Assembly: GCA_951406725.2 (NCBI GenBank)
Contig: OX597825.1
Span: 55,986,001 to 56,050,000, forward strand
From: Octopus vulgaris
Lineage: Eukaryota
Direction of reading: 5' to 3'
Length of the DNA: 64,000 nucleotides
Numbering within the stretch: position 1 is the stretch's first letter; each line of letters begins with the position of its first letter. The notes under the pieces are model-generated. The model searched no databases. It saw only the letters and a list, made by a program, of their open reading frames with translations, and was not told the DNA's origin. Shown here piece by piece: positions 28,578-42,985 of this stretch. A program made the position numbers and the translations under genes.

Positions 28578-28597
28578 TTGTATGCAGGCTTGTATAC

Positions 28598-28630
<33 letters not shown>

Positions 28631-28827
28631 TGCATGTATGCATGCTTGTATGCATGGATGCACATATAGATACAGACGTACACGCATATATATGTATGTA
28701 TGCTTATAAATGATGTAAAAATTGTAAAGCATACTACTGCATGTTATAAACGGCTCAAATATAATGACATTGAACTTGAATCTTGAATATGCAATATATA
28801 TATATATCTATTATAGATCCCTAGCCA

Positions 28828-28995
28828 CTACACACATTCTCTTCTCCCCTTGTTTCTTTCTGTGTTCCTTTCTGTGGAAGAGCGTAAGCTCGAAACGTTA
28901 AAGACTTTTTCAATTCCCGAGCGTTATACTGGAACACCTTTTTGTTTTCCACACCACCTGTCTTCGTCTTTTGTCTTTTTCATGAATTCTCCCTA
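28828..28995 (+). mobile_element. Short TA-flanked element with minimal hammerhead-like motif (28868-28903)
   Basis: CTTT-CTGTGGA-a-GAGCgtaaGCTC-GAAA-CGTT-AAAG; shares cacctgtcttcg block with the 41440 copy. Confidence 0.65.
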
Positions 28996-29044
28996 TATAT
29001 ATATATATGTAAGTACCTCAGTATATACACACACACACACACAC

Positions 29045-29108
<64 letters not shown>

Positions 29109-30907
29109 ATCAATAAAAAAGGGTAGAATTAATTAATTATTAATTAATTCGACCGAGCAGATATATATATATATATGTATGTATGTATATATATATATAT
29201 GCCAACTTACATTTACACAAGCACTCACCCACATACATAAACACTTACATATTTTATGCACGATACAGCATAAATTAGAACTGAAATATAAATACTTGAA
29301 ATCCTCATTGTAGCTGAATGCAAAATATATGCATATTTTATCTATGCTATTTACAGGTGGAAAATAATAGGGAAGTAATCTCCCAACTTACAGTTTTACG
29401 ATCTATTGACCGCTCGTCAGAAAAGGTGTATATAACATGCTTTCCCAAACAGTAGTTCAGATTAGTTGCTGTGCTAATCGATCATAAATTAAACCACCAG
29501 TTTGGTGGACACCCTAATTTGCATCCTTATGTTTTCACAGCACTTCGTTAATTCAGTAATATTTATTTTATGTACAAGAATGCTCCGATTAGAAGAAGGT
29601 AAATGAATTTTAATATATCCTGAATTTCTTCTCAAGGGCAGAAAATATGTCATACCCCTCGAACTGCTAACCCTCTACAAATATGACAATACTCCTACAA
29701 TAGGAGTTATAATGCTGTTAAATACACAAACATCTCGGACTGCATTCAAAGAAAGGCTACATAATCATCTGGCACAATGCTGGCCCTTGATAATCCTCAA
29801 CTTCTTTGTCCCAGATATGCTGTGTTATACGTCTTCTTTTTTCTAATTCTACAACAATGGCATCTGCTTCTTAGTGCTTGCTGATCTCCTGCCATTTGTT
29901 CTCAAACATTCTTAAGTCAAGCACCTCTTTTTTCTCGCTACTCGTATTGAGTCCTCCACACTAGACCCCTGCCCTAACAACTATGTCAAGTCCTTCCTCC
30001 CTAGAATATTGGACCCCGTGAAGTCCTTCCTTCCACCTTGCGAATGGTTTTCATATATCCTATATGAGTTACATCTGTTCAAGAAGAACGTTAACATCGA
30101 CGGCCTCGCCAGTATTGAAGGTCTTGTAAGACAATGAGCACAACATCCTCTTCCATCATATAAACCAGAAAAAATGAATAAATAATAATATATGTAAGAG
30201 TGTACGTGCAGGATACATGTGAATATACAAATAAAAATGTTGGAATAATTCATGGGATGCACGCAGAACAGTGAGAAACCTGACAACAATATACCTTTCT
30301 CTCTTAAAATGTTCTGATAGATTCCAATGTTAATATCCAATCGGTGTTATTTTCCTTCAACGGAGAACACCTCCCCTTTATAAGATATGCATTCATAATA
30401 TACCGCAAGGTCTCAAAATCCCCTTACACTCGTAATTCGATTGTCTTATGAACACTCGTTTTCTAAATGAAGCAGATGTTCTCCGATTACGTAAAACAAC
30501 AGTGTTCAGATATTCATGTTCGATCCCGTCAGAAGATATTAAAAATGAATACATACGCTAATATGAAAATAAATATTATATTTAGGGATCTTATCCATGG
30601 GTTTCATGTAGCGTCATACAGACACCAACGAGCGAAAATATTTGTATAGAGGCAGTATTATATAGAGGCAGTATCTATAAATTTAGTTTAGATTTGAAAT
30701 TGCTGCAGTCTTCTTTCTAATGATTGTCTGGCGCTGCAGGAAGCCTGTGGGATTTGGTTATAAATTCTATATTTATATTAATACAGGAGTTTATATTTCC
30801 ACGTGCATTTTGCATATATACTTTAATATATGTAATAAATTACTTGATAATATGCCTAATGTTAGGTATTCAACAATATGGTTTATTGAAGCGAAGACAC
30901 ATGATTT

Positions 30908-31215
30908 CGTGGTTAGAAGTATCCAGATCGCGATTGTAAAGTCGTGAGTTCGATTCTAGAGGTGCATTGTGTCCTTGAGCAAGACACTTTATTTCACAAT
31001 GCTCTAGTTCACTCAGTTGGATAAAGCGAGTACTACCTTTAATTCAAAGGGCCAGTCTTGCCACAATCTGTGTGACACTGAATCTCCCTGAGAACCACAT
31101 TAAGTGTACACGTATTTGTGGTGTACTCAGCCGCTTGCACGTTACTTTCAGGAGTAAGCTGCTCTGTTAAACGGATCAACTGGGACCCTCGTCGTCGTAA
31201 CCGACCGAGTTCCAT
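30908..31215 (+). mobile_element. tRNA-derived SINE, family C-related
   Basis: gtggttag..gagttcgattc head, ccttgagcaag motif, 3' part homologous to 49481-49660. Confidence 0.8.
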
Positions 31216-31559
31216 TTTTTATCATGGATTAGAGACCGTATACAGATATGTTGAAGACTATAAGAAGTATCTGTATTGAAGCCCTATCCCATTTATATAT
31301 ATCGAACCAGCTGCATAGAAAGTGAGTACACAGAAAGTGAGTACAGCAGTGTCATATTTTATTGTTCCCATATGCATCACAAGATTCACACGACAATATT
31401 CTATAGCAAAGCAAATCGTATTCTCAAATGTTCAGTTTGCAACCAAGCAAAATTGAGCCGATAGCCAGTGTTTCATATAAATGGTTTCCCTCACTAGTCA
31501 TTGTATAATTCACAATAAATAATTTGTATACGAATATTCGTATTTTCAGCGTATTTTGC

Positions 31560-31632
<73 letters not shown>

Positions 31633-31790
31633 CCTGGCTGTCTGTTTATCTGTTTGTGTATCGGTCTATATATATATATATATGTTTGTATATATATATA
31701 TATATGTTTGTATATATATATATATATATGTTGTATATATATATATATGTTGTATATATATATATATGTTTGTATATATATATATATGTT

Positions 31791-31841
<51 letters not shown>

Positions 31842-32373
31842 GTGCTTCTATGTGTGTGTGTATATATATATATATTTGTGTATGTATATATATATGTGTA
31901 TGTAAGAATGTATATACAGACCACACAGCCATACACAAACACACACATAGACTTATAATCGCATACCCATTTATTCGTATGCGTAAGCTTAGTGTATGTC
32001 TTAATCGCAGTAATCATGATTTCGCTTATACATGTGTATGTGTATCCCTATTTGTGTACGTATGTATATTTTTGTATATGTGGATGTGTATATGTTTGTA
32101 TGCGTACGTGTGTGCGTGCATGTGAATGTGCGCGTGTGTGTGTGTGTTAAGTGCGTGCGTGCGTGCGTGTGTGTGTATGTGTGTGTGCGTGTGTGTGTGT
32201 ATAGATAAAAATCTTCATTAACGATGTATCTGGAAGCGAATTCAGCTATTAGATTGTGATATATTAGGTTAAAAAGAAGAAAAAAAAAACCTTTGTATGC
32301 TGTAAACGCAAAAATATGCCAGTGGGGAACATATATTATGCGTATATATGTATGTGTGTGTATGTACAGATGT

Positions 32374-32411
<38 letters not shown>

Positions 32412-33235
32412 CATATATATGTGTGTGTGTGTAAGTATATGTATGTGTGTGTATAAGTACACATGCATATAGATACACAAACATATAGAAATGCACACGC
32501 ATATATACATACACACGCGTATAAGATTAACTCGTCTTGTGTTGGTGAGCAGGATTAAATTGTGTCGTTAAGCAGGATTAAGAATTTACCAATATTTTCA
32601 ACTCACCGATAAGTCCAGCCTTTAAAACATGGCTGCAGAGATGGTTCCCAGATAAACCTTTCTATCGTTTAGTATGATTCATTTCTCAGGTTGCAACCAT
32701 GCTGGAATAATTGCCTGCAATTATATAGTTGATTATATCGGCGTTTTTCCTGTACAGGATTTGAACATGGAAAGTAAACGGATATTTTCTAATACTTTAT
32801 GATATTTACAAACCGAAGTGCCCGTAGAATGTATCCTGTTGGCAGGACTACTATGTCATTGTGCTCCTATTCCTATCATTTAATTATTTCATCCAACTTG
32901 CCGCTGCTCAGCAATATCATAGTGAGGGCAAGATTCACCAGTGAAAGCAGCAGTCCAATGAAAAGCGAATGAACGTATACTGAGTTCAATACCTGCTGTG
33001 GACTACGCAGTTGGGCGTTTAATTGTAATTTCATCGGGTAAAGCAGATGATAATTAAATCTTTCTACTTTGTATATGACGTTATTTCTTTTAGTGCAATG
33101 TGACAAGATCATTTATTAATATTTATTTCACTTAAAAACAATGTGAATTTGAAGAGCTCAACCCAAATTACTTTGCGAATCTACTTTGTCTTCTCTGATC
33201 ATATTTATTATTATTATTATTTTTATTATTATTAT

Positions 33236-33695
33236 TGAGTGAGAGAGCAGTTCATGCCATCAAAGTGACACTGGTGTAAAATATACGAAGCCCAATATAC
33301 CCATCATGACTACCCGTCTGATAAAGGTACACCAGGCACATGCATCGCAACCATATGTGCGCGACTTGGTGATCCCATATCAAGATAAACAGCACATGAC
33401 CTTGCAGGTGGGGCCCAGTTAGAATTTTCTTCAGGTTGAGTAGCCCATCCCGCTCAAACGGTCCCTGTATAAGGGTTGTTTAAGGATGTTGAAAAAAACC
33501 ACCCATGTTTCCAGAGGTGAATTATTCAAACCCCAAAGAATCCCTCTCAACACATGGCTATGATGCTCCCCCACTACTTCTGCTCGTGATCAGAGATGCA
33601 CATATCGTCAGCCACTAAGGAACATGCTCAACTGGTTAAGGTCAAACAACTGACAAGCAAATCTGTGGTATTGAGCAGAATATTTGCTGTAGCCC
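33236..33695. mobile_element. (ATT)n-flanked dispersed repeat, family D
   Basis: High similarity to 38704-39258 and to a fragment at 24265-24342; embedded in ATT repeats. Confidence 0.85.
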
Positions 33696-33759
<64 letters not shown>

Positions 33760-34699
33760 CATCATCATCATCATCATCGTCATCATCATTATTATTATTA
33801 TTATTGTTGTTGTTGTTGTTGTTGTTGTTATTATAATTGTTGATGTTGTTGTTGTTGTTATTATTATTATTATTATTGTTATTATTATTATTATGACAAT
33901 ATTCATATCTAAGCCGATGTTGCTCATTAAAAATTACTGCTACAGGTCATGCTTACTGTACTTACTTTTATACCCGAAACAGAAGCGTGTCTTTCGACGT
34001 ATTTTTTTTCTAGTGAGGGTGGGTAGTGGAAGGGGTGATTACAACCAAATTGTATTTGGCTCAGGGTTAGAAACATTTCTATAGATTGCTGAAAATATTA
34101 GCCATATTTATTATGTTCCATGCATACTAACATGTAATTCGTATATGTATTCGTACATGTACACGTACATACATATACACATATATGTACGTATGCAAAT
34201 ATGCATAAATATACATGTGTATATGTGTAGGTACATTATACATAAATTCACAGGAAAGCACCATATGTATGTATGTATGATTGTATGTATGTATGTATGT
34301 ATGTATGTATGTATGTATGTATGTATGTATGTATGTATATACGTATGTACGTATGTATGTAAATGTATATACGTATGTATGTATCTATGTATGTGTGTGC
34401 GTGTGTATGTGTGTATGTATGTAAGTATGTATGTATGTACGTACGTACGTATGTTTGTATGCATGTATGTATATACGTATATTTGTACGCATGTATGTAT
34501 TTATGTACGTATGCACGTATATATGTTTGTATGTATGTACGTATGTATATACGTACTTATATACGTACGTATTTATATATGCATGTGCGTTTGTGGATAT
34601 ATGTGTGTATGTAAGTATGTATGTATGGACGGACGAATGGATAGATGGATGGATGGATGGATGGATGGATGCAGCATACATGCATGTATGTACAGTACC

Positions 34700-34960
34700 G
34701 TTTTCGGCCACTTGACATAAACCAATCAAGATACAGTGTTTTAAAACAGAAAGATTTCTATAATGAAAATTTATCACATAATATATTTTTCAAGAAGTTA
34801 CTGTACATTGTTAATACTTCGTGTGGCTTCCCTTAGCTTGAATAATTGCTTCAATGCGCCTGGGAAGAGATGCGTACACATCCTTCGCCATATTTTATTA
34901 TAGACATTTTTCTGTTTTAAAACACTGTATCTTGATTGGTTTATGTAAGGTGGTCGAAAA
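34700..34960. repeat. ~260-bp MITE-like element with ~70-bp inverted arms
   Basis: ttttcggccacttgacataaaccaatcaagatacagtgttttaaaacaga / tctgttttaaaacactgtatcttgattggtttatgtaaggtggtcgaaaa. Confidence 0.85.
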
Positions 34961-35186
34961 CATTTGCACATCCATTTTTGGTTATCGTCTTATATCTTCC
35001 CGCCTCTCATTCAGAACCCCTACTACAAAATATAATGATTAGGTATGGAAATGTCTCCAACAGGACCAATGTTTCATCTGTAAAAAATGCAATCTGAAAC
35101 ATCCACTTATAAGTTGGCAATTAAGTAAAAATTGACAATAGTTTACAGTGGCCGAAGACTTTTGCAAGGTACTTCATGTATGTATG

Positions 35187-35220
<34 letters not shown>

Positions 35221-37205
35221 TGTATGTATGTATGTATGTATGTATGTATGTGTGTGTGTATTGGAACTCAACAGGCTTTTAGCTAGCAAACTGGCACTCA
35301 ATCCGTTGTCCGCTTTCCTTTTTGTTCCCATCCGTCCATCCATTCATCCATTTTCTCCTCTTATTATTCTTGGAAGATTGATTATTAAGATAGAGGCCTC
35401 AGGCACGTCTTCCATAGGAAGCAACCGTCACTAGAATTTCCAGCTGTGACCAATGGAAACGATATATATTACCCAACCATTACACTCTTAGTCTATCCTT
35501 AGGTCTCCTAACGGTTGATTCCGTTTGAAGATCCGTCTTGCGATTCTTTCCGTAGTGCCAGCTTTGTGACCTCCCAATATAAGAAATAGCAGCTCCACCT
35601 AGAGAGAAGCTTATATCTTTCCTTAAAATATTGCCTATTTAGCTTAGTAATTGCTTTGTAAGGCCGAATTATAGAGTTAGAAACACCATGCAGAGACGCG
35701 AAGTATCCAAACAATTTGTCCAGTGAACGAAACGGAAGAAACAAAAGATCGTGTGTTGGTCAAAGGATGGTCCAGCAACTGTAAGGCAGCCACAATTTTA
35801 AATCACCCGAAATATGTTTGCTATGAATAAATCATAGATTCCTAATTAATATGCAATTAGATATCACGTCGATAAGAAGAAATCCAAGTTCTACATTCAA
35901 CGTTTAAGAAAAACAGCGGATAAGGCACGACTCTTACAAAACAAAAGACTAATAAACCGAAAAGAAAAAAGTATGGAAGAGCGGCGGGAACGAGATTTTG
36001 TTAACAAGAGAGAATAAATGCTTGGCATTTAGTATTTATAGATTAAATCTTCCTTTAGATGATTCTTTAGATATTTTATATTTACCAATTTTTTGGCAGC
36101 AACAAAGCAAATGTAAGCATGCCAAATTTTCCTACGGGTGCTGGGTTTTTAAAACGGTAACCTCCGTCCGTTACAGATTTCCTGAAGGGGATGGATATTT
36201 AACGATTGTGTGTGTGTGTGCGTGTGTGTATGTGCGTATGCATGTATGTATATACACACACAGTCACTCGAACACGCGTACACACACACACACACACAAA
36301 CACATACAGACATTCACTCATATGAGATATAATCGGCATTTATTGCGATACACCGAAACTATCGCAGAATAACGAGAAATATAAGTAGGAGGAATAGAAT
36401 ATGAAGAAGAACAACAACAAAATCAAGAAGGATAACAACAACGATAACAAGATGGTGAAGGGGACACGGTGGGAGAGGAAATGAAGAGTACAAACTACAA
36501 CAAAATCGAGACATATCTTTATGGATTTTCCGCTAAGATATAACCGGAAGTGTTCTGCGACAAATAAAAACAAAAAACAAATAGTATGATATGATGCAAG
36601 AAGAAATATATGTATCTGAATGTGTGTATGTGTGCATATATATTTTTTTCTGTCTATCTGTGTGTGTATGTACACATGTATATATGTATATATATGTATA
36701 TATATGTGTGTGTCTGTGTGTGTGTGCGTGTATGCTTCCTTATGAATATACGCATAAAGAACCACGTATAAACACAAATAGATGCTTAGATACATACGTA
36801 CGCTTCTTTCTTTATGAATGTATGTGTAATGCACCTATCCATATACACATTAGGGATGTGTTCATATATGTGTATGTATTTACATATACGTGTATATGTA
36901 TATATAAGTGCGTGAGTGTACGTATATGCAAAACAACTGCATGTATGTATGCACGGAATATAATGAATGTGGCTAATGTTTTCAGTAATCTACAGAAATG
37001 TTTCTAACCTTGAGCCAAAAACAATGTCGTAGTAATGTTAAATGATCAATCCTCCTCCACCTTCACAACCAAAATAGAAAAGCATCTCAAAAGACACGTT
37101 TTTGTTTCGTGCATAAAACTAAGGACAGTACGCATGACCTATGGCGGCCATTTTTAACGAGTGACATCGTTGAGGTTGATATTCGGCTTGCATATGAAGG
37201 TAATT

Positions 37206-37276
<71 letters not shown>

Positions 37277-37287
37277 TAATAATAATA

Positions 37288-37499
37288 ATCCTTTCTACTG
37301 AAGCCACAAGGCTTGAAATTTGTGAGGAGGGAATTAGTCGATTGCATCGACCCAGGTGTTTCAATGGTACTTAATTTATCGGCCCGAAAAGATGGAAGGC
37401 AAAGTCGACCTCTGCAGAATTTGAACTCAGAACGTAGCGACGGGTGAAATACCGCTAAACATTTAGTCTAGCGTGAACACGATTGTGACAGCTTGTCGC

Positions 37500-37500
<1 letters not shown>
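37288..37500 (-). mobile_element. SINE family B
   Basis: Reverse complement of the family B body (gatggaaggcaaagtcgacctc..atttgaactcagaacgt). Confidence 0.85.
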
Positions 37501-37537
<37 letters not shown>

Positions 37538-37544
37538 CTTTGCT

Positions 37545-38600
37545 TCTTTGCAACGAGGAGCTGTTTTAGTTCCTCCATTACCACTTTCTTTCAATGCCAT
37601 ACTTGCTGTTCAGTGCCCTGTATTTTTGTTCGCTTTTAAACTCCCCCTTCTCTTTTCGATCTAACATAGAAATATCCTTCCACCATGGGTCTTTTCTTTT
37701 TCTTGACATCAACACCCACATTTTCTGCTACAACAATACTTGCTGCCTTGATCAAATTATTTGTTTCTGTGATGTTTTTTGTTCCGATGTATTTCAGAAT
37801 TTCATTCTCATTTTTAGTTTCTTGGTCGAATTTCCACTGACCAACCTTTTTAAGGTTGCAAATAATGTCGCTATCGTTCTCCTGTAGCTTTGCCTTTATT
37901 TTGTCGTAGATTGCTTTTTGCCCATTTGTCATGTCGCCATTAGTTTATTGTTTTCTTCCAGACCATCTATATGTCTCTCACCGAGCAAGCTATCACCGTT
38001 CCTTTCCTGTGGTTTATTAGATATCTCACCTCTGTTTTCTGCTATGAGATTACATTTATCAGTAAGAACTGTATTTTGATCGTTTCCTCTGCTGCTGTTT
38101 TCCAATACCCGTCTTTTGATAGCTTTGAGCTCTACTTCTGTGCACCAACGATTTTTTCTTATTGCTCTAGTTTGATCAAATAATCTCTGTTCCCTGAGTT
38201 GAAACAATACTCTTTCTCTCCATTGATCATACATACTTTGTCGGTATCCCCTAATATGAACGCCATTTTTGTCTACAGGGTTGCTCTAGTAGTAACACTC
38301 CATGACCACAGCATTGATTTGTTTGTTCCATCTACAACATGTGTGGTGGTCTCTTGCTGGATAGCGACAAGCTGGAGTCGGACCACTATATCTGAGCCTG
38401 CTGGGTGCAACACTGTCACCATCAAGGGTTTCAGTTTCATTACCACCGTTATTCACAATATTTTGTTTTTTCATTGTTACTCATATAAGGCAGTAATTAT
38501 TAGGCTGCCCAGTTACCAGTGTTTTTATTGTGACACCATCGCTAGAAGTATTATAAATCAGGACATGGGAAGATGCCAACCTCTGCCTTTCATTATTATT
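37545..38600 (-). pseudogene. N-terminal ORF region of an R4/Dong-like LINE
   Basis: RWNKQINAVVMECYY...RGYRQSMYDQW...EQRLFDQTRAIRKNRWCTEVEL...NITETNNLIKAASIVVAENVG, across broken ORFs. Confidence 0.75.
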
Positions 38601-38703
38601 ATCATCATTGAGATTATTATTTTCATTTTTCTATTTGTCATTATTAATATTTACACTGATCCGACATGAGTTTTAGCTAAATTAGTATTATTATTATTAT
38701 TAT

Positions 38704-39258
38704 TGAGTGAGAGAACAGTGCATGTCATCAGATTGACACTGGGGTAAAATATACGAAGCCCAGTATACCCATCATGACTACCCGTCTGATAAGGGTACAC
38801 TAGGCACATGCATCACAACCATATGTGCGCGACATGGTGATCTCATATCAAGATAAACAGCACATGACCTTGCAGGTGGACCTCAGTTAGAATTTTCTTC
38901 TAGTCGAGTGACCCATCCCGCTCAAAAGGTGTCTGAATAAGGATTGTTTAAAGATGTTGAATGAACCACCTATGTTTCCAGAGGTGACTTATCCAAACCT
39001 CCAAGAATTCCTTTCAACACACGGCTATGATGCACTCCCATTACTTCTGCTCGTGATCAGAGATGGACATATCGAAAGCCACTAAAGGACATGGTCATCT
39101 GGTTAAGGTCAAACAAGTGACAAGCAAATTTGTGGGATTGAGCAGAATATGTAGCTCATCATTTGTACCAAGACAAAACAATGTACATGATAACACTTCC
39201 ATTCAGTTAAGATCAGAAGCCATGAGAGCCACTGTCTGGTACTGCACCAGGGCATTTA
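38704..39258. mobile_element. (ATT)n-flanked dispersed repeat, family D (longer copy)
   Basis: Homologous to 33236-33695 with ~100 extra bp. Confidence 0.85.
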
Positions 39259-39899
39259 TTATTGTTATTATTATTATTATTATTTATCATCATCATCATC
39301 ATCATCATTATTTCCATTTATTATTAAAATGTATTATTAAATGTTGTTTAGTTTCAACTCTTGTCTAGTACTTCAGATAATCTTAAATATGTGAGGGTTT
39401 AAGGGAATAGTAGGAGTAAGAGAAGCAGCTTGGTAAATATACCAAATTCTACAGATCTGTAAATAGATTCGGCAGGAAGTCAGCAATGGACATTCCTGTG
39501 CAATAAGGAGACAAAAGAGGCCTCCAATAATTGGGCGTCATTTCGGTTCAGAACGTAAAATCGGAAGAAATGCTGCTAAGCATTTTTTCTGGCGTGGTAA
39601 AACTATTCCAGTTCACTGCCTTCAATTCAGTAAATATTAAAAGGCAAATAACATTTACCCTTTGTGCAGAATGCTTTATTACATGTCACAATGGTCACAT
39701 TCTTGCAACATCAGAAAATTCTTCGTATTCATGTAGTCATGCAAGCGAAACAAGCCCGAAGTAGCTTTTCCTTTTCCTTATCAGGGTCCATGGAAACAAC
39801 TGAAGCCAACAATGAAATGTATTGACACTAAAAATACAACTACAGTCCAGGGAATACTTCACAAAAACTGTAACAATCAATGGAAGGTATTTATAGACT

Positions 39900-40230
39900 T
39901 CGTAGGTTTTAGGATACAGAAGTTTACGTAGGTCTATATATATATGGTAGTTAGGTACTTGCTAAAGATGTTATCAGTTTGGGGTACAGTTATTGCATAT
40001 ATATTGTGAAAATACGGTACAGACATTTAATATCATCTATGTAAGATACAGTCTATATATTTAAATTATATAATGTACAGCCTCTCTATATATGTCATCT
40101 ATATAAGGCACAGTGTGTATGTGCCATCCCTGTAAGTTACTTTCTATAGAGGACATCTCTATGATACTTAGTCTGTCGATGTTATAAGTGTACGGTACAG
40201 TCTTTTAATATTGACCATATAAGGCACAAC
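39900..40230. repeat. Degenerate ~29-bp minisatellite
   Basis: Recurring units like atcatctatgtaagatacagtctatatat / gtcatctatataaggcacagtgtgtatgt. Confidence 0.6.
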
Positions 40231-41439
40231 CTCTTTCTCTCCCTCCCACCCTCTCTCTCTATCTATCTATTTATATATAAGTGCGTGTGTATGTGTGTGT
40301 ATAGTGTGTATATGTGTATGTGTGTATACAGATAGACAGATAGATATATGGATAATTAGATAGACAGATAGACAAATAGATATCTCGTTTTTGTAAAGGT
40401 GATGCAAGCCTGGATGAAACCGTAGTTCGATATCTTCCTGTATGAGATGCGTGAAGAACGACGATCATACACTCATAAATCACTGGAAAAGCGATATTGA
40501 ATTCTAAGATTATGTGTAGCAGCTGTTGACAAGTGTGCAAGACAAGTTCGGCTTTCTGCCGAGTTCATCGTAAAGATCTTCAAAGTTTTCCCACTTTGGT
40601 CGGAATGGATATGTTTGTCTTCCTCGGACAGATGGCTCTGGACTGGAATATAATGAAAAGACCGAGGACACACGTTTCCTTCTTTTTCGGTCAATCTGTC
40701 ATCAAAGTGTTCAAATACCTCTTAGAGATGAAAATGAGATTAAATATAGAGGTACTGTCTCTTATATTTCCGCAAATGTAACAGCCGTGGGTATTGTTTG
40801 GCTTCAATGATCATACTCTTGGCATACGTATCAAGGTGTGTGACCTCTGCTTAGAGACAGCTATTTTCTTTAGTAGTCAGAATAGTTGAGAATTTATGGG
40901 GTCCTTGCCTGGCTCTAAGGGAATGTTCCAACCCCAAATATGGACGCTGTTTTATCTTTGTATCAGAGCATTATTCTCTAAAACTCATATCTGTTAAACT
41001 CAACCCTTTTTGCTCCGAATTTCTTCTAGTAATGCCCCACTTTCCCATCTCAGGAAAAATGAGGTAATTGATGTATGGAATGGCAGAATTGCAATTTTTC
41101 GTTATTTTTGTGGTTGTTTATGTTGTGTGTTCAAGTCTCAATGAAGGATACTTTTCTTTTTATATTTCTGTGGTCCATGAATTACGAATCTGTATTTAAG
41201 TAGAGTAAGTCGGTCGTATTAGCTTCAAAAGATGACGAAAGAAGGAGGGAGGAAGACACAAAGAGTAGAGACAGATAGAAAGAGAGAGAGAGAATAGATA
41301 GATGAGATAGTGTTGAGACAGAAGGGACAGCAGGGGAGTAGGATGAAAGGGAAAACGGATAGTGAGGAAGAGATAGACTGGTGGAGAAAGAGGGACACAT
41401 GAACGATTAGATAGATAGATGGATGTATATATATATATA

Positions 41440-41635
41440 TAAATCAAATTTGCAGAAAAAAATCGAAGACAGGTGTAGGAACAGCAAGCAGGTGCATTAG
41501 TTAAACGGTCGGAAAGAATAGAAAAGCCTTTTACGTTTCGAGCCTACGCTCTTTGATGGAAAGGATTAAAGGGGGGAATAAAAGGAGAGAGAATGAAAAA
41601 CAAACGGAGAGAAAATAGAAGATATATACAGGCAT
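41440..41635 (-). mobile_element. Short TA-flanked element with decayed minimal hammerhead motif (41528-41563)
   Basis: Minus strand CTTT-CCATCAA-a-GAGCgtagGCTC-GAAA-CGTA-AAAG; homologous to the 28828 copy. Confidence 0.6.
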
Positions 41636-41964
41636 ATATATATATATATATATATATACAGAGAGAAAGAGAGAGAGAGTGTGTGGGGGGGATGGAGAGA
41701 AGGGGAGAGGATAAGAGAGAAAGTAAAATGAGAGGTGATATTGTGAGAAAGAAACAAACAGGTAAGAAAGGTTAGATAGGTAAATAAATAAATAGATAAA
41801 TATATAATTAGATACATAGATATATTGATCAATAGATAAATCGATTGATAGGTAGGTTGATCAATAGATAGATAGACTGATAGACAGACGGATAGGGAAA
41901 GAGAGAGAATGGGTGTAACAGAAAAACAGTCAACTGTTACATTTGGTGTTGATGGAATTATTGA

Positions 41965-42882
41965 ACGTAGCAGCAGCAGCAGTGGCAGCAGTAGCAGCAG
42001 CAACATCAGTAGCAGCATGTGCAAGAGCAAAAACAGCAGCAACTGCAGCAAAATCAGCAGCAGTGCTGTGTTGAAATAATTTCCAATTCATCAATTTAAT
42101 AACACAGTGGATTGTTGTTGATTTCTAATTAAGTCGACTATAACAACAAAAACAACAACAACAACAACAACAACAGTGACTGCAGTGATAAATACATCAC
42201 AGCAACCATCAGCAACATCATCATCATCATCAGCAGCAGCAGCAGCAACATTACTGCCGCTACCATTACCACCATTATCACCATTAGAACTACCATTAAC
42301 AAGAACAGCACAAATATTAAGACGTCGGCCACCAACAAAACCAACATTAGAACAACAGTGATTATTGCGTTCATTGTCAACACCATCACCACCCACCAAC
42401 GCCATCACCACCATCGACCCCAATACCAACACAATCATCATCACCACCAACACCAACATCGCTTCCACCAATACCATCACTACCAACATCATCGTCACTA
42501 ACACTGTCACCACCGACGCCACCAGCACCATCACCATCACCAACACCACCTTCAACACCAACACCATCACTGCAATCACCACTTCCAACACCATCAACAC
42601 ACACATCATCAACCCTGTCGCGATGACAACAATGCCATCTCCATCACCAACACCATCATCATCAACACCGTCATCATTTAACAACATAGCCGCTACCATT
42701 CCGAATCAACAGAACAGCCTCTAAGTGGTTGCATGAATTGTCAAAAATAACAGCTAAATTTCACCCAGAGAAATGATGATGATAATGATGACGATGATGA
42801 CGATGACGACGACGAGAACAACGTAGCAGATGGAAACTGATGATTGATGAAAGCAATGTCGAGAACGATTCTTCTTCTTCAT

Positions 42883-42913
<31 letters not shown>

Positions 42914-42927
42914 TTATTATTATTATT

Positions 42928-42963
<36 letters not shown>

Positions 42964-42985
42964 ATTATTATTGTTATTATGATGC
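41965..42985. repeat. Compound trinucleotide low-complexity tract (CAG/CAA/CAC/CAT/GAT/CTT/ATT/GTT)
   Basis: Visible directly. Confidence 0.9.

Noticed and set aside
29345-29435. Possible exon VENNREVISQLTVLRSIDRSSEK after ttacAG
   Set aside because: Weak donor (gtgtat) and no recognisable homology
42091-42724. Mucin-like Thr-rich and Val-rich ORFs
   Set aside because: Degenerate (CAC/CAT/CAA) repeats; no coding signature
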